Source of the DNA: a virus | Virus record (IMG/VR): IMGVR_UViG_3300031578_013162 | Direction: 5' to 3' (one strand) | Length of the DNA stretch: 23,904 nucleotides | Shown: piece by piece, positions 7,438-15,812 of the stretch | How the letters are laid out: every line of letters begins with the position of its first letter | How positions within the stretch are numbered: position 1 is the first letter of the stretch | Position numbers and translations under genes: made by a program | Notes under the pieces: model-generated | What the model was told of the DNA's origin: nothing | What the model saw: only the letters and a program-made list of their open reading frames with translations | Database searches by the model: none

Positions 7438-8147
7438 AAAAGTTTGCTAACGGCTGTGGCGACAGCCTTAGCTAATTCTTGTAGTAGAACTTCATCGGGT
7501 TCGAAGAAAAATTCGATTTCGTATTGAGCGTCGTCGATGGTAGACATATTAGGCCAATCCGTTACTTCGAATCCAACTTCGGGGACTACATGAGCTATTG
7601 TTCGGTGGATTCTTTTCTTACCGATCTCTTGCTCTAAGGAGTCATAAAAATCTCGGTACAAGGTACCCGACGCTATGTTGCGAGGAGCCCCAATCTTGTC
7701 CGTGATATCTCCCAAAAATCCTCGTATAGTACATTTACCTTTTTCGGATCGGGTAACCGTCAGCGTCTTCGGGATGCGTCGGATGTAAGATGCCCTTACT
7801 TCAGCTTTTGTCTTCATGGATAACATCTTTTCATATTTGGGTTGATCGACCGGGGCGACAATGCGTTGGACCGTATCCCAAGTAAAGTTCCGCTTTAAAA
7901 CGTCTTTGGGTACGACTTCAATAAAAGTCTCTAGGTCTTCTCCGTCTACCGACCACCGACTCTTCGGGTCAGATAGCTCATCCCATAGCTCCCTAAAGTA
8001 ACGGGTGCCGTCGATGTCCAGACCTTCCCGCTTTAGAAACTTATTGAAAGACTTGCCGGATTTTCCAAAGTCAAAACGAGAGCCCATCTTGCGGATGACC
8101 TTCACGTATTCCTTGAAAATACCTTGCTTTAATTTGTCAAATGCCAC
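7434..8147 (-). CDS. Hypothetical protein (237 aa)
   Basis: A long ORF packed tightly against its neighbours. No motif was recognised. Confidence 0.55.
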   Translation of the reverse strand: MAFDKLKQGIFKEYVKVIRKMGSRFDFGKSGKSFNKFLKREGLDIDGTRYFRELWDELSDPKSRWSVDGEDLETFIEVVPKDVLKRNFTWDTVQRIVAPVDQPKYEKMLSMKTKAEVRASYIRRIPKTLTVTRSEKGKCTIRGFLGDITDKIGAPRNIASGTLYRDFYDSLEQEIGKKRIHRTIAHVVPEVGFEVTDWPNMSTIDDAQYEIEFFFEPDEVLLQELAKAVATAVSKLF

Positions 8148-8149
8148 GA

Positions 8150-8524
8150 TTAACCCCGAAATTTAAGTTCTTTGGTGACTGAAACTTCATCTCCGCCAGC
8201 AGCTTCCACACCTTCACCATCGCCCATGCTTTCATCGTAGTAGCCTGGGAACCGCACTAAAAGAAACTTGACCAGCTTCTTTGCTTGCTCGTCATTCAAA
8301 AGCTGGACTAGAAAACCGTCTACTACACTTTTTAATTCTTTTCGGCTCAACGGCTCCAAGAATTGCATCAACCAATACCTAGCCGACATATCCGCAGGGG
8401 TTGATTCCATATCATCGTCAAAATCGCCTCGGGCTATTTGCCGATCGATTTCTGTGTTCAAAACCTCTGCTAGAGTCTCGATCTCTTCGTGCAAAGTCTT
8501 GATGTACTCATTACCCTTAGCCAT
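8150..8524 (-). CDS. Hypothetical protein (124 aa) with an acidic C-terminus
   Basis: ATG with an AAAGGGG RBS. Read from the sequence. Confidence 0.55.
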   Translation of the reverse strand: MAKGNEYIKTLHEEIETLAEVLNTEIDRQIARGDFDDDMESTPADMSARYWLMQFLEPLSRKELKSVVDGFLVQLLNDEQAKKLVKFLLVRFPGYYDESMGDGEGVEAAGGDEVSVTKELKFRG

Positions 8525-8544
8525 TTTATAACCCCTTTTGTTTA

Positions 8545-9099
8545 CTACAGCCCCAAAGCGTCTTCAAATTCTTTTAGATCTTCATCGTCGCTAGTTTCTT
8601 CGTCGGCCCCGGCTTCTTCTTCGTCGGCTCCTTCATCGGCTCCACCTTCATCGGCGGCTCCTTCGTCGGCTCCATCGGCTGCCTCTTCTTCAGCGGGTGC
8701 TTCCGCTTCAGGGAGTTCGATAGCCGGTAAAAAGGCTGTGAACTTAACCAACTCATCGGAATCTTCGTCTAAAGTAACCTCGACCTCTTCTTCATCGAAC
8801 CACTTTTTGGCTGACTCGTACCACTGTTCCGGTGTCATCTCTAAATCCACTCCGTGCTTATCCGCTTGGGGGAGGTAAAAACGACCGTTCAATCTTAACG
8901 TGGCTACGTTCTCAACGTTCTTACCGACCGGCTCGTCTTCATCCATATCTACTACAACTGTAGTAAAGGCCGGATCTAAGTCATGAGCTTCGATCAGATG
9001 TTGAGTCAACTCTTCCGAGATCCATAGCTCGAACTTGACGAACTCTTCCCGGTGAGTGTCCACAAAATGATTCAATGTGAGGACTTCAGGTAAAGGCAA
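8545..9099 (-). CDS. Highly acidic low-complexity protein (ADEGAADEGGADEGADEEEAGADEE tail)
   Basis: 184-aa ORF. It has a TTG start 2 nt after the upstream gene's TAA, and no in-frame ATG until about codon 51. The last about 60 aa are almost entirely D, E, A and G. Confidence 0.45.
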   Translation of the reverse strand: MPLPEVLTLNHFVDTHREEFVKFELWISEELTQHLIEAHDLDPAFTTVVVDMDEDEPVGKNVENVATLRLNGRFYLPQADKHGVDLEMTPEQWYESAKKWFDEEEVEVTLDEDSDELVKFTAFLPAIELPEAEAPAEEEAADGADEGAADEGGADEGADEEEAGADEETSDDEDLKEFEDALGL

Positions 9100-9101
9100 A
9101 A

Positions 9102-10766
9102 TTAAGCTCTTTTCTTAGTCTTAAGGAACTCAAAGTACCCCAGGCCATCCATGCCAAAGACTTCAGCGACAACGTCCGAGATGTTAGCTCGCAACCGAGA
9201 AGAACCTTCCGATAAGCCAATTCGACCTATTCGGATATTTTTCAAAATGTCATTGAGATAAGCAGCGACTTTGGGTGAAGCCTTGCGGACATCCCGCATA
9301 GTTCGACTCTTGCTTAGAGCGGCCAGAGAAGAGATCTGAGCTTGGTCCCGCTTGGACAACACACCTTGAGGCCCGTTGGGCAAAGGACGCCTCTTGGCCG
9401 TCTTAGCGGCTTCTGTGGTCGTTCCTGACTCTTGACCTAACTTACCAGCGTCAGAACGGTGAAAAGCGAAAGTTAAAAGGTAGTCACCGTCGATGTCTAA
9501 AAAGATCATCTCGCCGGGTAAGCCTACGGAGGTAGTCAACTTTTGAGCTAAGATGTCGGATCGGGTCTTCACGTCTTGCAAAGAAACATCACCAGAAGCC
9601 AAAGCCTCACTAAAACCTAATTTTTTAGCTATCGCTTGCCCAGCCTCGGGAGAACCCATCTCGTCAATAGCCGCTACGATCGAATCGATCACAATGGTTT
9701 GAAGATCGTTGTCGTCTAAGACGTGGGTCTTAACAGCCGTCAAAACCTTTTGCTTCAACGCTTGGGTGTCATAAGGACCAACCACCTTACCACCACGTAC
9801 AACACTCCTGACTGAAGCCTTGGCTGTAGCCGGGGCCTTGCCTACCGGAGGAAGACCTAAAGTGAAGCGTAGAATCCTTTCTGCGTTAGCATCCCCAGGT
9901 ATCCGGGTGTACTCTTCCAAAGCCCGTATAACCTCGTTCTCTGTAACGTCAGCTAAAATAGGGTCACGCTTTAACTTGAATGCCAACTTTTTACCAGCCA
10001 TACCTCTTTTTCCTCCTATGGTCCCCTCTACAGGGGTGTCGATGTGCTCTTCACGATCCACCGTTGGCTCGCTTTCAATTTCGTCTAACAACTCTTTTAA
10101 AAATGCTTCCTCGTCTACTTCCTCTTCCGTCTCCATCATCACTTCTTCTTCTTCGTCTTCTTCAACTTCATACACGCTAGGTTCTTCTGGACGGTCTTCA
10201 GCATCATCAACAAACTCAGTGCCGTCTACTACATCGGGATCTTCAACTTCAAAGTCTTCTTCCGCAGCTTCTTCCGCAGCCTTTTCTTCATCTAAGATGA
10301 TAAGGTGTTCGTTGACCCCATCCCGGTAAGCTTGTTCTAAATCTTGTTTGTACTGCACGAGGATCTTTGAGGAGTCAGGGACCGTTTGAATTTGGTCCCC
10401 GATATTATCTTCGAAGGTCTTCACCAAATGCTGGGACAAAGAATAAGGCATAGGGATCTTGGTTTTGATCTCCTCGTTTCTTTCTTCACCCGCTGGAGCG
10501 GTCATGTCTACAGTATGCAGCTTTAGCTTGACTTCGTTTAGCCCGCCCTGGAAAGCTTTGAAAGCTAGCTTTGAGTACCACGACGCTATCTTTTCAATAT
10601 AGTTTTGGGGAATGTTGTGCATCAACGCCTGGAAAGGCTCCGAGAACTCGAAGGTAGATGCGATTATCTTTTCCGTTTCGAAAGCTTGATTGACTAAATG
10701 AGCTTTCACCAAAGACGGGATAGTGTGAATCAGTGACCTGATTTCTTGTTTGCGTCGAGCTTCCAT
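9102..10766 (-). CDS. Large hypothetical protein with a central about 70-aa poly-acidic segment
   Basis: The tracker ORF starts at GTG 10778. The in-frame ATG at 10766 has a GGAAGGTGA SD 8 nt upstream. The acidic block is EEKAAEEAAEEDFEVEDPDVVDG...EEDEEEEVMMETEEEVDEE. Confidence 0.6.
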   Translation of the reverse strand: MEARRKQEIRSLIHTIPSLVKAHLVNQAFETEKIIASTFEFSEPFQALMHNIPQNYIEKIASWYSKLAFKAFQGGLNEVKLKLHTVDMTAPAGEERNEEIKTKIPMPYSLSQHLVKTFEDNIGDQIQTVPDSSKILVQYKQDLEQAYRDGVNEHLIILDEEKAAEEAAEEDFEVEDPDVVDGTEFVDDAEDRPEEPSVYEVEEDEEEEVMMETEEEVDEEAFLKELLDEIESEPTVDREEHIDTPVEGTIGGKRGMAGKKLAFKLKRDPILADVTENEVIRALEEYTRIPGDANAERILRFTLGLPPVGKAPATAKASVRSVVRGGKVVGPYDTQALKQKVLTAVKTHVLDDNDLQTIVIDSIVAAIDEMGSPEAGQAIAKKLGFSEALASGDVSLQDVKTRSDILAQKLTTSVGLPGEMIFLDIDGDYLLTFAFHRSDAGKLGQESGTTTEAAKTAKRRPLPNGPQGVLSKRDQAQISSLAALSKSRTMRDVRKASPKVAAYLNDILKNIRIGRIGLSEGSSRLRANISDVVAEVFGMDGLGYFEFLKTKKRA

Positions 10767-10959
10767 TGTGATTGTCACCTTCCCAGGTAGATTTTATCCA
10801 AAACGTCGATTTAAAGTTAAGATAACTAAGGACGATTAAATAATCGTGATGTTTCTGTTATAGACTACTACACCCTGGGAGATTTGATTTGTCTACACTG
10901 GTGGTTACGTTCAAAGCGGAAGCTGGCGGAATAACACTTTTCGAAGTACCGTTTAGTGT

Positions 10960-11298
10960 TCAATTACCTATCCAAATTCCGATACCGTTCCCGCCCCCGG
11001 ACCCACTAGATTTTCTTTTAGGGCTACTCCTAGACGCTTTAGGGCTGCCGTTCCCTTTGGAGATTCCATCTTTGCCTTGCCCTTTTGAATTAGATCTATT
11101 ATCTTTGTTACCACCGATACCGCCGATCATAATTCCCGGCTTGCCGCCTATACCGTTCCCTCCGCCTGACCCCTTAGATTTTCTAATAGGAGCGTTGTTA
11201 AATGCTTTGGGTTTGGCGTTTCCATTGGAGATTCCATCGCTGCCGTGCCCATTTGAATTGGATTTGTTATCGCTCTTACCGCCGATACCACCGATCAT
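10960..11298 (-). CDS. Gly-rich repeat protein (56-aa units starting MIGGIGG...SGGGNGIGGKPGI)
   Basis: The minus-strand frame uses normal codons and matches the orientation of the flanking genes. The frame is open from the TAA of the upstream 535-aa gene (11461-11463) down to 10958, and its first ATG is at 11298. It could instead be a C-terminal extension of the upstream gene. Confidence 0.4.
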   Translation of the reverse strand: MIGGIGGKSDNKSNSNGHGSDGISNGNAKPKAFNNAPIRKSKGSGGGNGIGGKPGIMIGGIGGNKDNRSNSKGQGKDGISKGNGSPKASRSSPKRKSSGSGGGNGIGIWIGN

Positions 11299-11440
11299 AA
11301 TTCCCGGCTTGCCGCCTATACCGTTCCCTCCGCCTGACCCCTTAGATTTTCTAATAGGAGCGTTGCTCGACTTCCTAGGTATCCCTGATATCGAGATACC
11401 TTCTTTGCCGTGTCCGTTCCCGGCAGGGATAACTTTGACA
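10979..11440. repeat. Imperfect tandem repeat, 168-bp unit x about 2.8 copies
   Basis: The landmark 'ataccgttcc' recurs at 10982, 11150 and 11318. The period is a multiple of 3. The region is free of stops in one plus-strand and one minus-strand frame. Confidence 0.8.
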
Positions 11441-11460
11441 ATAGACGTAAAGGTAATCCC

Positions 11461-13068
11461 TTAAACTAAATTACCTTTCATCTTTATAAATGCGGATGAA
11501 AAAGCCGTAGCCGGGTTCGCATTTATAAGGGCTGCGGTGTTAGGCGGCAACGGCGGGCCGGACGGGCCTGTGGGTGTGGCGTGAATATGAAGGTCAAACA
11601 AAAGTGCCAAAGGCTCCGCTAGTGTAGCAGAAAAAGCAGCCAAGGCTCCTAGGGCTATAGAACCACACTGTACGTCCAACTTAGGGCTGTTTAGTAAGAT
11701 ATTGAGGTTCGATTGAAGTTGTGCGGTGGTCTTACCGTCTAAGATCAAAGCTTGGAACGGTGACACCAGCCGAACGTCTTGACCCATAGAAACATAGGTG
11801 CCTAGGCCTGAAGTTAGGGAAGTCGTCAAAGTAGCTGCGTTCATGTAGAGATTTGAGCCGTCCCCAGCGTTCATCTTTACCGAGCCAACTTTGTCGAAGG
11901 TCAACCGAGATCCTGAAGAATGTATTACATTTATCGTTTCGGTGTCGCTGGTGTCGTCCATAATAAACGAATGCCCACCGCCGGTTGTAAGAGCAAACTT
12001 AGTCTCGCCTGCTACATCCGAAAATTGCATTGTTTGGCCGCCGCCACGAGACCGAAGCTCGAACAAACCGCCAATATTGAACCTTAAGGTCTCACCGATT
12101 TGATAGATCGCATTCTTTTGAATCTGGTAAGTTAAATCGCCACGGATCGTAGCCTTCTCGTCTAGGTCTACTACACGATTGTAACCGCCGCTGGGTATTA
12201 AGAGGTCGTAACCGAAAGCTGCACCGGTGCCGAGACTGAGGGCGTAGTTACCCGCTTCATCAATTTCAACTGTAGTAGCGGTGTCGTCGTTAGCGAAATA
12301 TTCTTCTACGTGTCTTAGAGCGTTGCCGGATCGGCTGTGGGCAAGAGCGAAACCTTTTTGATTGAGGACGTGCCCGGATTGCTTGCGGAACAAGATCGCA
12401 GGCTCTTCGTTGCCGGGGTTTCTAAGTTGTTGGTAGTGTTCGGCGGTGAAAGATCCTCGAACTTTCGGGTATCTTTTTTCCCACGAAGAAAAAGTGCCGT
12501 CTTCATTCTCCTTGGGCCGGGACACAATCCCGAATCGATCTTCGTCACCCAAGGTGTTGGAACGGTATTGCAAGCCTTGGCGGTGGTGTATAGGAGCCCT
12601 ATCACCAGCTACCATCTTATCCTGGTCCGCCCACCGCCGTATCATACCGCCGTAGGTCTCGATCGAAGGGCGACGGCTCATGAATATTTGAGCATTACCG
12701 CTGGAAAGCATATCGATCTCACCCGGTAGCAAAGGCCGGTATAAGGACAAGCCGTTCTTGTAGCTAGCGATCTTGTTCCGAGCGCCTCGTTGAACGGTTG
12801 TCATAATCTGAGGCTTGGCTTCGTCCGACCTAAATTGTAAGACAAAGTTGGTCCCGCCTTCAGGCATCGCTCTGATCCAAGACTTTTGTGAGATAAAAGG
12901 GTGAGTCAAGGTCAAAGCTTGAGCGCTGTTACCGTAATGGCTGAAGAACCCAGACTCGGTGTCGGGGGACACAGCGGTAAGAATCGCTCCAAAGGGAAAC
13001 CGCAGCGATTTCCGCAGCGATTCTTCCCTTTCATCATCAATTGCTTGGTCTCTATCGTAATTGGGCAT
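11461..13068 (-). CDS. Hypothetical beta-rich protein (535 aa), possible virion, tail or baseplate component
   Basis: TAAATG junction with the upstream gene. AGGCGG RBS. The C-terminal region is Thr/Ser/Gly-rich, with LHIHATPTGPSGPP near the end. Any function is inference only. Confidence 0.55.
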   Translation of the reverse strand: MPNYDRDQAIDDEREESLRKSLRFPFGAILTAVSPDTESGFFSHYGNSAQALTLTHPFISQKSWIRAMPEGGTNFVLQFRSDEAKPQIMTTVQRGARNKIASYKNGLSLYRPLLPGEIDMLSSGNAQIFMSRRPSIETYGGMIRRWADQDKMVAGDRAPIHHRQGLQYRSNTLGDEDRFGIVSRPKENEDGTFSSWEKRYPKVRGSFTAEHYQQLRNPGNEEPAILFRKQSGHVLNQKGFALAHSRSGNALRHVEEYFANDDTATTVEIDEAGNYALSLGTGAAFGYDLLIPSGGYNRVVDLDEKATIRGDLTYQIQKNAIYQIGETLRFNIGGLFELRSRGGGQTMQFSDVAGETKFALTTGGGHSFIMDDTSDTETINVIHSSGSRLTFDKVGSVKMNAGDGSNLYMNAATLTTSLTSGLGTYVSMGQDVRLVSPFQALILDGKTTAQLQSNLNILLNSPKLDVQCGSIALGALAAFSATLAEPLALLFDLHIHATPTGPSGPPLPPNTAALINANPATAFSSAFIKMKGNLV

Positions 13069-15306
13069 TTAACCGCCTGATTGGTCGTTAGCTTCGGATG
13101 ATTGTGTCTTGTCGTCTGACTGTTCTTGCAGGGTTTTCTTAATCGTCGTTGTCTTACCATCTTTGATTTCTTTGGTTATGATCGAGATGCCGTTGCCTTC
13201 TATATACCCTGAAGAAGTTCCATCGGCGGTCTTATCAAAAACGGTACTGTAAGATATCGGCATCTTTTCACCACCCGTGATGAATCTGAAGTTCTCACCT
13301 TCCAATCGACGGACGTAAGACAAGCTCATTTCCAATGATACATCCTGACGAATTTTCCAACTATAAGTGATCGAATCGCATATCGCTATTCTTTTCTTGA
13401 CTACGTGATAGACCGGGCGGTTCAACCCCACAAAAGGTCTGTAAGACACCATCATGTCGAATTTGTTAAAGTTGGCGAGCCTTTTGTTGAATTCCAAAAG
13501 AGCGTACTGGGCCAGCCGGTGGTGGTTCGTTATGCCTGGTAGGCTGTGCGTCTCAACGTGAACGCCGATCCTAGAGGCTAAAACATTAGAAAAGGCGGTG
13601 GCCCGAAGTTCCCAACCTTGAGTCGGGGCAACCCCAGCGCTGCTGGGGTGATCACTGGCGATCTCGTCCGGCAAAAGCCGTGACGTAACCTCCATCGCTG
13701 ACACAGGCGTACCACCCTCGTCGTTGATAGCGTCGGACATCACATGCCCATGAAACGTTTGAACCTTATTGTAGATCGTGTTGTAGTCCGCAGGCATGAA
13801 GTCATACATAGGGAACTCAAAGATCAAGTCACCCATACCTGATATATAAAATTGATAATCAATAGATTTAACCAATTGGACGATAAGCTCCAAACGAGAC
13901 GCCCACTCCACACGAGCCGTAACCCTAGCGTCAACCGTAGCGGCGGCGATAAGGTTTGATACAGGGCCTAAGTCTGGCGGTAAAAGAAAATGAACCCTAG
14001 CCACGTCAGGGGAAAATTGACCGCCGTCCTTAGTCCCTTGGCCCATAAGCGTCATTTCGCCCAGGGTTAAGAACCTTTCCACGATCGTGCCGAGCTTACC
14101 TGATTTAGCATCCTCACCCTGTCGGACCAGTTCAACATCGGGTGTGGTGTCAGGGGGGCCACCTTTGGCGTTTGTAGTAGCCCCTTCCGGTTGTTCGGGA
14201 GCGTTATCCGCTACTTTCGGTAACGGGTAAGAGCCAAAATTGATAATGTTGTTCCATTTTTCTAGCGTAGTCTTCTTTAAAGGTTCGCTAGCTTCGGGGT
14301 CGTATCTTAAGACTACACCCAGAGATACCTTGCCAATCCCACCGACAAAGGCGTTGTTTTTCTTTATACCGAAGATTAGATATTTTATAGAATCTAAAAA
14401 GGTCTTACCGTATAAAGCGTGCCCACGGGAGGCCGGTGTCCCTGATTGAACGAAGTCCGATAAAAAACCTACGTTTTCAGAGCCCTCAACGTTGGTGCGG
14501 TTGGCCCCGAAAAATAAGGTTTTCTCATTACCGTATTGGATATTTGGGTTGGTGTTGGTTCGCATCACAGCCATCTGAGACCGGATGTCTTGGCACGTAA
14601 TGTTAATCACCGAACTACCGTTGATATAGCTTTGTGAAAATGGCTTGGTATCTACATAGCCTGTAAATTCACAAGTCCATTCGGTCTTCTTTGTGCCCGC
14701 TGGACCTGCCAAAGGATTCAGCACAAACATTCTGATAGGGTCGAACTTGTGAAACACCAAAGAGCCTACGCTAAACAGATATCTATCGGTAGTAGCCTCG
14801 GTAGTGTTAGCTGCGTTGAAAGGATCGGCGTTAACGATCGGGGCGTTCGGCTTTTTATTTTGAAAGCTGGTGCCATATTTCGCAACTTTGTGCTGCCAAT
14901 TCGTGTTGCTTTCCTTCTTATTTTTATAAATCGTAGCTTTGGCTAGCTCGGAATAAGCTCCCCCAGCGCCGTAGGGATCGTTCATCCTAAAGTTGGACGT
15001 TGTTGTCCGGCCAGTGGCCTCGTTTTTAACCTTGTTTTCGCCTGTCTTAGGGTCCGTGTTGGCTTTGTTTTTGCCTACGTTTAGGTTCTCTTCGGTGATC
15101 TCGAAAGCTCGCATAGCATTCGATAGGCTGAATGTAAGAGAACTTATCCCTTCTCGGTCCACCTTAGTCAAGTTCACCGCTGACGTGATCCAAGGTGTGA
15201 TATCCGCCCCTTGGATGTAGATCTTAAAATCATGGTAGTAGACTTGATTCCGTTCTTCTCGGAAGTTGAAGGGGGTCTTGGTCTTAGGATTAGTAATATC
15301 AACCAT
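13069..15306 (-). CDS. Large hypothetical protein (745 aa), possible virion structural protein
   Basis: It is the first gene of the minus-strand cluster. No catalytic motif was recognised. The size is typical of jumbo-phage capsid, portal or sheath proteins, but this is unverified. Confidence 0.55.
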   Translation of the reverse strand: MVDITNPKTKTPFNFREERNQVYYHDFKIYIQGADITPWITSAVNLTKVDREGISSLTFSLSNAMRAFEITEENLNVGKNKANTDPKTGENKVKNEATGRTTTSNFRMNDPYGAGGAYSELAKATIYKNKKESNTNWQHKVAKYGTSFQNKKPNAPIVNADPFNAANTTEATTDRYLFSVGSLVFHKFDPIRMFVLNPLAGPAGTKKTEWTCEFTGYVDTKPFSQSYINGSSVINITCQDIRSQMAVMRTNTNPNIQYGNEKTLFFGANRTNVEGSENVGFLSDFVQSGTPASRGHALYGKTFLDSIKYLIFGIKKNNAFVGGIGKVSLGVVLRYDPEASEPLKKTTLEKWNNIINFGSYPLPKVADNAPEQPEGATTNAKGGPPDTTPDVELVRQGEDAKSGKLGTIVERFLTLGEMTLMGQGTKDGGQFSPDVARVHFLLPPDLGPVSNLIAAATVDARVTARVEWASRLELIVQLVKSIDYQFYISGMGDLIFEFPMYDFMPADYNTIYNKVQTFHGHVMSDAINDEGGTPVSAMEVTSRLLPDEIASDHPSSAGVAPTQGWELRATAFSNVLASRIGVHVETHSLPGITNHHRLAQYALLEFNKRLANFNKFDMMVSYRPFVGLNRPVYHVVKKRIAICDSITYSWKIRQDVSLEMSLSYVRRLEGENFRFITGGEKMPISYSTVFDKTADGTSSGYIEGNGISIITKEIKDGKTTTIKKTLQEQSDDKTQSSEANDQSGG

Positions 15307-15384
15307 ATCTAGCTCTTCATCTTAAAGGGTTCATTCTAAAGATAAGGGCTGTCTTACTGGGCCATGCGGTGTTAAAACTAAGAT

Positions 15385-15452
15385 GCTCATCAGTTGGTTA
15401 GAGCAGCGTTACATGCCGAGGGCCGGAAGTTCGAATATGTTCCACGCCCGGA
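15385..15452 (+). other. tRNA-like fragment (D-arm consensus ...gctcatcagttggttagagc..., T-loop consensus ...gaagttcgaatatg...) without a canonical cloverleaf
   Basis: Strong matches to the tRNA D-arm and T-psi-C loop were read in the 170-bp gap between two minus-strand genes. I could not fold an acceptor or anticodon stem. It may be a degenerate tRNA or an attachment-site remnant. Confidence 0.25.
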
Positions 15453-15476
15453 CAGCCCATTGATCCCGTCTCACTT

Positions 15477-15812
15477 TCACTCCGCCCTCCTCTTAAAGCA
15501 CTGGCTTCCGCTACGATCCATCTGAGGTGAGGACCAGTAAGCCCGGACGCACTTGAATCTTTCTACCCGCACCAAATCTTCCAAACTAAATTCTCGGTAG
15601 GGGTTGTCACGATCTTTAAAGCTTACCCAGATATTAGGACCGTCACTCAGAATATCTACTACAGGAATTTCCATAACCAACAGCCCTTCGTGTTCAAGCT
15701 GTTTTAGGTATTCGAGAACGGTAGCTTTTAAAGCCTGTAGAACCGTGGGGGATACCAGTTCGTACCTGAACCGATCAAAGATTTCATCAAGCTCTTCTTG
15801 ACAGCCTATCAT
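15477..15812 (-). CDS. Hypothetical protein (111 aa)
   Basis: ATGA overlap with the DnaJ-like gene upstream. Read from the sequence. Confidence 0.5.
   Translation of the reverse strand: MIGCQEELDEIFDRFRYELVSPTVLQALKATVLEYLKQLEHEGLLVMEIPVVDILSDGPNIWVSFKDRDNPYREFSLEDLVRVERFKCVRAYWSSPQMDRSGSQCFKRRAE

Noticed and set aside
9820-10329. 169-aa Ser-rich plus-strand ORF and a 66-aa plus-strand ORF antisense to the acidic 558-aa gene, and an 8489..8878 Ser/Ala-rich plus-strand ORF antisense to the acidic 184-aa gene
   Set aside because: Poly-Ser/Ala is simply the reverse-complement reading of the GAn-rich poly-Glu/Asp/Gly/Ala coding repeats. It is a low-complexity artefact.
10889-11464. 191-aa plus-strand Pro-rich ORF (PIPFPPPDPLDFL... 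repeats, TTG start) filling the gap between two minus-strand genes
   Set aside because: It is probably the antisense shadow of the Gly-rich minus-strand frame. It is heavy in rare ATA, CTA and TTA codons, has a TTG start with no SD, and its orientation opposes all neighbours. It was kept only as an alternative in the repeat finding.
15385-15452. Calling this a canonical tRNA gene
   Set aside because: I could not find paired acceptor, anticodon or T stems despite strong D-arm and T-loop consensus. It is reported only as a tRNA-like fragment.
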